From assembly GCA_965235115.1 (NCBI GenBank), contig OZ249437.1, forward strand, positions 30,194,001 to 30,258,000: a stretch of 64,000 nucleotides of DNA, read 5' to 3'. The notes under the pieces are model-generated. The model was not told the origin of the DNA. It ran no database searches and was given only the letters and a program-made list of their open reading frames with translations. The position numbers and the translations under genes were made by a program. Below are positions 14,101 through 26,100 of this stretch, one piece after another. Each line of letters starts with the position of its first letter. Position 1 is the stretch's first letter. Source of the stretch: Laetmonice hystrix (taxonomy: Eukaryota).

Positions 14101-17100
14101 GAGCTGTCATGCGAACGTTGATGTTTTGTTTCAGGGTTACACCAGTGATAGCCAAGGTTACACGAGCGAGTGCCAGCCCGCCAAGCCTCGCACCTTACAG
14201 AGGGCTGTTAAGGAGCTGTGGGTTTCATCACATGATCTCACCAAGGACATTGCTGAGGTTTTCTGCGCTTCTCTTTATTTTATACTTCTTATCGCTGTTT
14301 CCTTCAGCCAATTTTCTCCAGATCTGTGATTCCAGAACAGTCAGTTTGAGCGCTGTAAGAGAGTAAAACATCAAGATTTGCCTAATTTATTTGATTGATG
14401 GTATTGAAATGATTGCGAGCCATGTGCTTACGCTGTTGACATTTGACAAGACGCCTATTTGCATGCAGTCCACGTGGCTACATTTTGCAATAACCAACCC
14501 CCTGATGTCTGATTTGCTCATTTCTTATCTTGCCTGCTTGCGAAAATGCAAACTCGGCATCAGTTAATTCAATAAATTAATCTAGATGATACTATTTCAG
14601 ACGTACACCATTGAAGTGAAGCAAACAGAGAGAAAAAGAAAGCTTCGTGATGCTGTGAAAGAGGTTGCCGTGGCAACCAGTACCCTGACTTCAGATATAT
14701 TGGAGGTGTATAATTATTTCATTATCTCCCCCCCCCCATATTTCCCGATCTTAGAATGGCGAGCCCTGCGTGTTGAATAGCCTTGTATTTAGCCAGCCGT
14801 TATAATTGTGGGAATTGTTTGCAGGGTTACACCAGTGAGTCTGGTGTAAGTGACTCGGAGGTGGATGAAAAGAGATCACTTCGTAAGGCTGCGGAAAGAC
14901 TGGGTACCGTGACAAGCACTCTGAAGATTAATCTCGAGGTTAAACAACTTTAAACCCCCTTGTCGCCCTCAAACACAATTCAGTTCATTGTATTCAACAC
15001 TGCATCCTTTAAAACCCAGTAGTGATAAAGGCCAAGGTTGAAAAACCGAAAATAAGTTGGCAAGGACGACCATTCAGTTAACTCATTATTTATGAAAGTT
15101 TATGTACTGCCTTCCTGAACGCAAACAAAATTAGCCACAGCTGCAGTTAGCATTTATTATTACAATGTTAGAGATACTTGGAAATGTAGACTCAGCACGG
15201 TGACAAAAGTATTTTATATCCACCCACATATTTCCGTGATGGACGTTTGTATTTAGCTCCGGGCCTGGGCAGCTGTGGTTCCTGTTAAACTTCATGGCCA
15301 ACATCTGAGACACGATTTGTAACGTATTAAATTCTTCCAGCCGGTTCACATTCTAACCCGACCTACAGCAGTACATTAGCTATTATATAGCCATTTTTCC
15401 AGGGCGACACGCTTTTTGTACAGAAGCGTAGGTTGAGAAATTGAACGAGACTGATATTATTTCAGGACTATCGAGACAAGCGTAAGTCTTGGAGTCGCAG
15501 GGAGAAACTGCAGAGAGCGGCCAAGGACCTGGCCTCTGCCACCAATACTCTGGCATCGGACATTTTAGAGGTTCATGCCTTTGTGGTATCATGTCGAACT
15601 TTTGAAATTTTGATTTTGAAAGTAGTCACCAGGTTCCACCCCACCCCCTCCCAATTAAATCAGAAAACCGACTCAGTCATTTTGAGTTGTAACTTAACTT
15701 CCAGGGGTATTCAACTGATGGTTATACAACGGACGGCAACACAACCGAGGGGTACACTACGGAAGGGTACACTACGGAAGGATACACTACCGATGGGTAC
15801 ACTACTGATGAATGCTTTACAGAGACAGAGGAAGTGACGTTCCGAGAGAAGCGTTACGAGGTGCGGCAACGTGCCGAGGAGAGGAAGAAGTACCGCACCT
15901 CTCTGAAGATCTTTGCCGAGGACCTCTGCCTCGCTACTTCAGACCTTACCAACACAATGCTCGAGGTCGCCACTTCATCTTCACCTTGTACTTTTATCGA
16001 TTTCACTGACATTTTGTGTGCTGGTTGAGATAATACTGATCTATTTTTGGTGTAAGTTGTGATTGTGAGTTTAACGGCCGTCCTTGCAGGGATATGAGAG
16101 TGAGAGGGAACAGTCGTCCACCAGGAAGAACTTGGAGGAAGCAGCCCAGCGGGTTGTTACAGCAACCAGTATCCTGACACTGGACCTTCTGGATGATGGC
16201 ACTGTCAGGCCAAAGGTTGCTTAATGACACTGCTTCATACTCTCATTAACTTCTCTCCATTGGCTCGGTCTTTCAGTTGAGATGGTTTGATTGGTGAAAT
16301 TATTGGTGAGCTTTGCTTCCTTTGAGAGTCCCGCTCATGAATGGTGTTTAATACAGGGCAGGAAAAAGACGGCTGTCGAGGAGGACGACACGGCTCTGAC
16401 GGGTCAGAGAAGGTCAAGGCTGGAGCAGGCTGTCGAACAGGTTGTTACAGCAACCAGTACCCTCTCCAGGGACATCCTTCACAAGGTTATATTATAGGTC
16501 ATTTATTGTGTGTTACACTGATACATATACATGTATACACATACTTTATATATGTATCGGTACCATGTATTGTCCCCCTAATTACTTGGTATATTTGCCT
16601 CGAAGCAGGGGAATAACATTCTAAGATTTCAGGACTTTATTTTATGGAAGGAACTGAGACAATGAAGAAATAAATAAAACAGGCCTACTTCCGATATGCA
16701 GCCCGAATATTCGATCTTCACAGTCATTATGTTATCTTTGGCAATATGCACTCTTCTACACGAGCACCGCTGTTTGTAGTTTTGGGCACATGCATCTTGG
16801 ACAAATTTGTCACCACAATTTGATTCATTTCCATTTTTTGGTGAAGTCTTTAGGATATTTCGTATGGAGTTTTGACTAAGATTTAGTGGAGGTTTTCTGT
16901 AAATTTGTCACAATCTGACCTTAGGAAGGCCCAGCCCCCCCCCCCCCTACCTATCCTATGTTCTATTCATTTTATCCCCTCACTTCCCCTCACCCCTACC
17001 ACCTAATCTCACCCTATCCCACCCAGACTTTTAACCCCTCTTGTGTTTGGTTTCCTGTTTGTCATTCCTGATTGGTTGACATCAACCACCTGTTCCAGAA

Positions 17101-20100
17101 CCACATGTCCAGTTCTTGTTGTCAGTCTGGACGTAACGTGACCGTTTGCTCCGACTGTCACTTGTTTTAACTAAACTTGTTTTAACGCCGTTATTGTTGT
17201 TCCGTCCACCAGGGCTGTGCCAGTAACCCACAGGATACCGACCACCAGCATGGTCTCCGACAGGCCGCTGAGGAACTGCGTTCAGCCACCAACGCCGCCG
17301 CTGCTAACGCCCTCAAGCGGAAGCTCATCAAAAAACTGGAAATGTCGGCTAAAAATGCGGCGGCGGCTGCCACTCAGCTCATCAATGCAGCCCAAGCTGC
17401 CACACCATTCAATAAAAATAACGCTTCACAGACTCAGCTCATGCAGCAGTGCAAGGTAGGCTGTGCTAATATACAAAAAAACTAAAACAAATTAAAATTC
17501 CATTGTCAGAATGGCTTCGCTCGATCATCTAACCGAGAAATCCTCACAGCAAAGGCCTACGTCAACTCCGCCCTTATAAGTTTGTTACCTCGACTATAAT
17601 AAAGGACCTTTCTCAGAAGATAAGTGATGAGGAAGTCTCACTCTATTATGGTATAAGTATACCTTCAAGTTTGCTCACGTTTGTTGAGTGGTTCTGTTCG
17701 TTCACTAACCGTTTGACGTATCCCTCATTGTTCCCGCCTTATTTGTGACAGCTCGTGGCTGACCAGAACATCCCCAAGTTAGTGCAGGGCATTAAGGGTA
17801 CCATGGCTCGCCCAGAGAACGCCACGGCCCAGCTGGTTCTGATCTGTGCCGCCCAGGACATGATCCAGCCAGGCACCCGCCTCGTCACAGGCTCCAAGGC
17901 CGCCGTGCCCACCATCAGCGACCAGCCAACCAGTTCCAGTCTTACAAACGCCGCCAAGAGCCTGGCGGCAGCTCTGGCAGAGCTGAGGACAGCTTCCACC
18001 AAGGCGCAAGAAGCGTGTCGGTCTCTGGAGATAGAGGGCGCTCTTGATCAAGTGCGATCACATGAACGGGAGCTTCTGGAGATAAAGAAAACAGCAGCGT
18101 CAGGAAAACTTGTTCCACTCCCTGGAGAAACGGTAAGTTCATTGCGGTTTTTTTTTCGTTTGTCAGAACCATGTTATTCATGTGTCGACACAAATGTTTT
18201 CAGGTACCGACCATGGCTGCTATACACAGCTGAAGTTATTTTTAGTGGGTTGGGTTATTGAAAGGACGATTGATATGATTAATGTGGCATAGCGTTATGT
18301 TATGAAGAGACTGTTGTAAACATACTTACTGAATGTCGTTATTGGTATCGACAGGCGGAATCGTCGGCTAATCAGTTAGGAACCACATCAAAGACTGTCG
18401 GCTCGTCAATGGCGCAGTTGCTGACAGCTGCAGCACAGGTACCAAGTTCCTTTCAGAATTTATCTGTTTGTGCAGAGAAAAATCAAGTCGGAATGTTAGG
18501 TTACCTAGAACTGCATGATGACAGACGAAATGTGATTTGGCATGTTTAATGACTGCCTGAAAAATAAACCGTGCTCAAAACATTGCATTAAAAGGGGGAC
18601 AAAGGATCTCTGACAAGAAATGAAAGGCACAATCACATTTCTCAACGTAGACTGATTACATCCATAGAATATAACTATGTAACTTAAGGGACTGGTGTCA
18701 GACTTCAGTTGACTACAGCGTTGATAGGAAAAGGGACTTTGTTGAAACTGGTGGTGAAGCTTGGGGTGTTTGTACAAGACTTGCCTTGTCTTCTTGTCAC
18801 GTCCTCTGCTGTCAGTGTGAGCCAGTGGCCGGCCCCTGTGACCGTATTCTGTTTGGTTTGCGTGTGTAGGGCAATGAGAACTACACGGGTATCGCGGCTC
18901 GGGACACAGCCAACGCCCTCAAAGTTCTCATGACGGCCGTTAGGGGCGTGGCAGCCACCACTGACGACCGAGCTCTGCAGGAGAAGATCTGCGACTGCGC
19001 GCTTGACGTCATGGACAAGTCGGCTAACCTGATTGAGGAGGCCAAGAAGGCCGTCAATAACCCCAATAACCCTGACAACCAAGTACGGCTAGCACAGGTG
19101 AGAGGGGGAGTTTTTATGAACCAAACCCGTGTTAGCTTTCAGGGCTGTTAACCGTCTCATGCCGGATGAGTTTAGGGCTCAAGTTGCTGTAATGAAATAC
19201 GACTAAAAGCACAGTTGAAAGCAAAGTTTTGATATAATAGAGAATTTAAACCTTAAAAAAGACGTTAGAAATACAATACTAACATTTTTTCTCGGATTTG
19301 TGTGGGTAATTCGATATTGTTTCATTGGACACAAAGTGAGCCGGATTTCACAGAATCGTGAATCTCCAGAGTAAGGAGTTTTATAAGAATTGAAATCTGA
19401 TTTCTCAAGATAGCGCTTACGATTATTTTAAAGCAGCTGCGGTTATTTCATTTGCGGTATTTTTATTTAATAATTCACTTTGTGTTTAAATACTGCAAAA
19501 CTATAGATAGTTGGAGGAGGCCAAAAAAAGATAGAATTCCACCTGATGCGGCACTGAAAACCATCACAATTGCAATGCATGCAATATTCACGGGATGTGA
19601 ATGAAATGATATTCGCATGTTAATCGGAGTTGACATGTTTCAAGGAAGCTCATATGGCTTATCCTAATGGGATTTGGACATGCAATCCATGTGATCCAAT
19701 TAGTGATAAAACTGTAAATCAAGTATTAATTATGAAATCAAGAAGCTTGGGATTTTAGGGGTTTGTGAGGAGTTCTCCATGGGACAACATAGGTATGAAT
19801 TCTCGGTTGTGATGAACCATCTAGAATGACACAGACCTAAATACCAGTATATGTAAACCCTTGGCCTTAATTCCGTCGTGTCTAAGTCAACTTAAAAAGA
19901 TGAGCTTTTCAATTCTCGATGTTCATGTAGGAAGCTTATTTCCTACACTTATTTCCTGTGTAGATTGCCCCAGATGCGAAATAAAAGAAATTCGGAATGA
20001 ATCGGGTTTGGAATACGGTAATAAGTAATCTCCTGTTCTTAAAGAGAGTGTGGGAAATGGTACTCGATAAGGGATAGCATGAGGAAGTAGAACATATTTT

Positions 20101-23100
20101 TATGGGGCAACCATCAGCCTAGTGTAATAAAAAAAATAATGCACGGTAATCTGAAATAATCCAAGCCTGATTTGATGTCCTTCGTAGGTTGCTAAGGCAG
20201 TGTCACATGCCCTTAACAATTGCGTGAACTGTCTCCCTGGGCTACGGGAAATTGAGCAATCCATTCGGCAGGTGACAACGGCCAGCCAGCGACTGCAAAC
20301 ATTACAGGTAGGTAGCACCTGCAAACCATACTTAGTGATCACATTTAAAATTGAGTGAAGACAGAGGTCAGGGCAGTCGTCGCCAGATGGAGACATGGGG
20401 TTATTGGAGTGGACTCGGATCACGTGACTGATTACGATAAATGTTGACTTGATTAAATTATACAGATGATCAAAAGTTCTAAAGTATTTACAGTTGTTAC
20501 TTCAAGGTCAGATTTCACATCAAGTGTTATTTTTCAAGAATTTAAAGAGTTTCGTGAGAGACACCTATCAGTCACCATTCACGGCTGTTTTTTTTTGGTT
20601 CCAGTTTCCCGAGACTAACCGAAGCTTCCAGGAGGTTCAGGTCCAGTTGAACAATTCGTCGGTGAACTTAAACCAAGCCGCCAGTGAGATCGTCGCCTCA
20701 TCCCGCGGCCCAGCCCAGCAGGTGGCTGAGTCTAGCAGCCGTTTCAGCCGCTCCTACGAACAATTCATGGACAGCGGGCTGGAATTCGCCGGCGCCACCA
20801 AGGACCCGGACAACCGACGCCACATCGTCTCAGGCCTGCGCAGTGTGTCCATGATGTCCAGCAAGTTACTGCTCGCCAGCAAGTCGCTGCAGGCAGACCC
20901 CAACGCGCCCAACGCCAAGAACCTGCTGGCTCAGGCAGCTAGGTCAGTCCTCACCGCCAGCGGCAGTGTTTTATCCGGAAATTGACTCAGTAATATTGGA
21001 TTTAGGGCATCATTAAATTTTCACTCGAACGACCAGATTTTTCTTTTTTCCCTTACGGACCTTAAAAAAAGAATTAAGACCAAACAAAGTGGCTGTCCTT
21101 GCCTGTGGTAGCTTCAAATTAGCCGTGATAAATTGAAGGGTAGGATATTAAAAATAGTTAACTAAATTAAAGGAAGACCTGTCTGTAATGTTGCTTGATG
21201 AGTAATAATTGTGGTGTTTTCATTTCCTGCAGACAAGTGACCGAGAGTATCAACCATCTGATCAACATCTGCACAGTGTCAGCCCCGGGTCAGAAGGAAT
21301 GTGACAATGCCCTGAGACAGATTCAGGTTAGTGGCGCCATCTAGTATTCAGTGTCAGCCCTCACACCGGATGCCGTTTTACAAGCAGAACGCATTCCTGC
21401 CGCGCTTGTATCAGGGGTGTCGTAGAAAATGGATGGCCGATCACAGAATTCATGTCTAGATTATCATCCTATCGTTACGCCGCCATAGAGGGACGGAGGA
21501 TGCTTTCAGAATAGCAGAGATGTTTGTGTAAGGGGTGATGGGGAAGGAAGGCCGTGCCGTTTGGTTTGGTGTGATGACGAGAGAGAGGACACAATGAGGT
21601 ATGGGTTGGCTGTAGGAATGATGGCAGCAGACCCGAGTCGTGTTCACGCGGTGTGGGATTAGGCACACAGTCGACAGGAAGTTGTGAGAGACGGATTTGA
21701 TCCCTGTCACAGGAGGCAGCCTGGGACAGTGGCTCACTTGACGTTATTCAACAAAAGGGCTTTTGGCTTCAAATTAAATTTAGGTCTGACCTGCCAGAGG
21801 TTTCATGGGCGAACTCTGGAAGACGCTTGAGTTCTAAACAATTTCTTGCACTTCTAAACAATTCACTTCTGTCCAAATGAGATGGGTTGATTTATGATCC
21901 TCAGAACACACCTGTGATGCTTTTACAAGTTTTTTTCTGGTTCAGCCTCCGACTGCCAACATTTTTTAATAATTTAAACCCCCAAGGTATTAATTAAAAA
22001 CTGCAGTGATAACAAGGTTTGCAAAATCCTTGCAATGTTTATGTTGTTGAGTTTTTTTCCAAAGAAGAGGAAGGTGAGAATGAAGGTTATTCGCACCAAA
22101 TAAATGAAGCTTTAGAGACAAGAAAAATAGCTACAGGTTAGGTGTGTATAAAACGTGTCAGGCTGAAGTTAAATGCTGCTTGTATCTCTACATTATCAAC
22201 CCTTGAATATTTAAAACCTTCCCCTGGTACCTCAGTGCAATGAATCTCGAACCACCGAGTCATTATAAACCTGAATGCCCATTTACATAATCCTTGTGTA
22301 CACATCATTTCCCCATTCAAACCTTTGAAAAGCTGAGTAGGAAAAAAACCTCGGAATGTTGTTGAAAGTGTGAGATTTAAGGCATGACGTTCAACAAAAG
22401 GTGTTTTGTTCCCTTTATTTAGGAACAAATGGGCCACTGAGGTAATTTGCCAAGAAGAATAATTAGTTGTCGGGATTAGGGCACCTAATCAATCAGCGTG
22501 ATGTATACATCAGTAGGCTTGCATCATCAGAAACTCGTCCATTGGAATCAGAATTTTTCGCCTCAGATCGATACCGTCATTAATTTTCTTAATGTGGTTT
22601 TCCCTTTTTTATTTTTTTAATGGAACGCCAGCTGTATACTTGAGGGTGGGAGTCGAGTTCACTATAGGCAATATTGAAGAGGAAAGAGGAGCCAACATTA
22701 GAAGTCGGGCTGATTCTACGTTGTCCTCTTTCCCACTTGAGAAGGAAACATTGGAGGGAGGGGGACATGATGAGTTATACCTGGTTAATGTTACAACATA
22801 ATCTCATCTGGCAGATAGAAAATGAATGACGTCTGGCGGCTGCACACGAGGAGTCATTTAACACTGCAAGAAATAGGACAGCTATTAAAGGAGATCTACT
22901 TCAGTACTAACAGCTGCACAAGTTTTCATCACATTAGACATCCACACCTACATTGACGTTAATATTTCAGATCCTTGTCACCGATTACACTTTCTGTCAA
23001 CGCTATATGTTACAAGAAGAGAGAAGAAAATGGTAAAACTTGCATTTGCCTTAGGTGCTTTGTTCCTGTAATGCAGACACATTAATCATCGCAATGATAA

Positions 23101-26100
23101 ATCTTTGACCAGAGCTGACGTTTTTTCATCAGTCTCAATCATTTTTCACAGCCATCAATCTGGTGTTGTATATTACTGTTCAGTTCCTCTTCAACTTGGA
23201 AACGCTGTGTTCTGGAAAACCATCGAGTGTTAGGTGATATAAGGGGTGCGTGTTGAACTTCCAAATGATGCAAGCCAAGACAACCGCTGACCTGTGAGGT
23301 CCCCAACAATTGCATCCTAGGATAAGCTCTCAACCACTGCAGACTGACCAAGTTCCCGACCACTACAGCACAGGACAAGCTGCCAACCACTACAGGACAG
23401 GACAAGCTCCCAACCACTGTAGAACAGGACAAGCTCTCAACCACTGCAGAACAGGACAAACTCCCAACCACAACAGGACAGGACAAGCTCTCAACCACTA
23501 CAGAAGAGGACAAGCTGCCAACCACTACAGGACAGGACAAGCTGCCAACCACTGCAGAACAGGACAAGCTCCCAACTACTACAGAACAGGACAATCTCCC
23601 AACCACTACAGAACAGCACAAGCTCCCAACCACTACAGAACAGGACAAGCTCCAAACCACTGCATTACAGAGCAAGCTCCCAAACTTTACTGAATCCCAG
23701 GGTAATATTCCAGTTGTGAGGCCCTAAAACTACAACACAGGATAGGCTGCTGGGCTGCCGAATGCGCTTCCACCAAAGGACATGAGATTAGACTTGCAGT
23801 CAGTCCTGCACAAGTGAATTTGATACGGAGCCGTGTCTTTTTATGAATCCGCCAATAGAAACCCAACCCAAGCCGATCGCTCACTGGGCTGACTCGTCAA
23901 CAAAGAGTGTTGAGCGCGGAGATTAAAAGGAAAATTGATACAAAACGTGTTCATCATAGGAAAGAGTAACATTGTAAAGAAGATGTGTTTGTGCAGGAGG
24001 GCATGTTGGTAAGTAGGATGAGAGGGGAGTGATGTTGGGAGGTATGAGGGAGTGTCGAGGTGAAGGAAGAAAGTCTCATGGTCAGGTGTAATGATAACGA
24101 TTGGGGAAGCGCAAGTCTGTCTAGTAGAACATTTCATCTGTTGTGATTCACAAAAATATCTCCTTGGTTGTAAAGGATTGGTCAATAAATGATTAAATGA
24201 TAACAGAGATGATGGTTTGGAATTACATGGTAGACACCTCGTCTTGACAGGTCTGTGGGAGGCTAGAACTGGCTGTTTTGTCGGGAAAATACCGGAGGAA
24301 ACCGCTGTATTATACGGCCGAAGTTATTCCGGGGTATAAAGCTGGTGTCTTTCTAAGACCGATGGCATTGTGGAGGTGGCCCGTTCTCACGCCGATCACG
24401 ACCGTAGCCAGAGACTTCTTCTGTTTTTCGGCTAAGTCGGTGCTTGATTTGTCAGTCTGATCAAGCTTGACCATTACTGGCCATCCCCTGCTGCACAATG
24501 ACCATCATCTCATCTGCTGACTTCTACCATTCATCCTCGCCTGATATTGGATCTGTGTTGGCATTTAGCTCATGATATGCCGTTGTATGTGTGCATGAGG
24601 CGGCCAGGCGGGTCGGTCGTCGGGAGTTGTCAGAAATCAGTGCAGGATCAGCGTACACCACATCAGGAGCAGTCAGTAGGGCCCCGCCGAGCGCCCTCCA
24701 GTCTGAATACAGATATGAACCGCCCGCCCGCCTCGCCCTCATCCCAGCTATTTGCTATTCGATACTACTAGCGCCCTCTGATAGCGGCCAAGTGATCTAC
24801 GAGATTCTGGGGTCATAGTGACGCCCCTCCAGGGATCGGAAAGGGAGATGAAGGATGAAACAGTGCAGCCTCTGAAGCCATTGCATCCACCTTATACGAA
24901 AAACCTTCCAAGCTATTATGTTGAATCCAATATAAAGACGTTAGGATCCGTTTTTAGGGGGAAGCTGGTTTCTTGTTCATTTTGAAATTAGGGAAAGAAT
25001 TGGAGAAAAGTAGCGATTTCTTATGTTGCAAAGAGGTTTCTGGAAAACGACTCCTATTGTATGCACTCGTTTCCCTGTCGATATGTGGAATTATTTATCT
25101 TAAATTCCCGTATTACTGTTTTGGGCGATATACTTTGGAAGGTAATGTATAAGTTTTAATTTGATGTCCCTGAGTGCCACCGTCTCAAAAGAATCACAAA
25201 CTGAATTCAGTTTCTACGATGCTACAAAACCAGTTTCCCTGAAAACCACTTCTTTCACTACAATAAAACAAGCTGTCTGTAAAGTTTATGAGAAAATTCA
25301 ACATGATGGCGTGCCTATTGCAAATTACAAGTGCTTTCATAATGTTGAAAGCTAAACCCAGCTCCCAATATTTGTTAGGCTGCCAGATAGAAAATATAGA
25401 TGCTACCATCCAGCCCTGAGCGCCGCCGCCGCCGGGATCGGTGTGTGTTTAGTTAGTGTCCTATATCAGCTGGTCGTGTCCCAGGACATGAAGCCACCGT
25501 TGGATCGGACACCGGCCCAAGTTGCACGGCCGTATATCGACGTTGTGGGGAGGGGTGTCACTGTCTGAAGCCATGGTCGAAAATCAGGCCTCCAGCATGA
25601 TTGATCAGGGATGGAGTATATTCGGATCGTGCCGTGGTAAAGGACATGGGCCATTTAGTGGGCATAAAGAATAGCGGTGGGCATGGTGCGTGATGATCAA
25701 CCGGCAGGCCGGCTCATATTGGCATCAGGCCTCCGATTGGGGACCTGCTCAAGGTCGTCTCCAAGATTACTGTCCGTCCCACAGCCGCACTCCTAGCCCA
25801 GATGCCGGGGCCAGCTGGGCCAGCTGGCCACATTTCATTACATAGAGAAATTAACAGAGCGGAGGCCATCAGGAGATGTGTATAGGGGGGTTCCCAGTAG
25901 TCTCCGGGTTAAGATCGCGTTGGGTAAAGAGAGGGGTAAGGAATCGTGGAGTATTCACTGGGGACATGAGAAGTTTGTGGCGTCAAGGTCAATGGTAGGA
26001 GAGTGGGCAGTGCGTGCCGTTTTGTGTGGGTAGCGCCCATATAGAGTATGGCAGGACACGAGGGGTTGGCCCAGGATGTGGCCCCATCCCCCCGCCTGCT

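Noticed and set aside
15403-15444. Fragment GDTLFVQKRRLRN* after a ttttccag acceptor
   Set aside because: It stops before any helix motif, so there is too little to call a degenerate array member.
22669-22783. Protein-like stretch GNIEEERGANIRSRADSTLSSFP...
   Set aside because: The available acceptor is phase 1 and does not fit the phase-0 upstream exon; no homology recognised.
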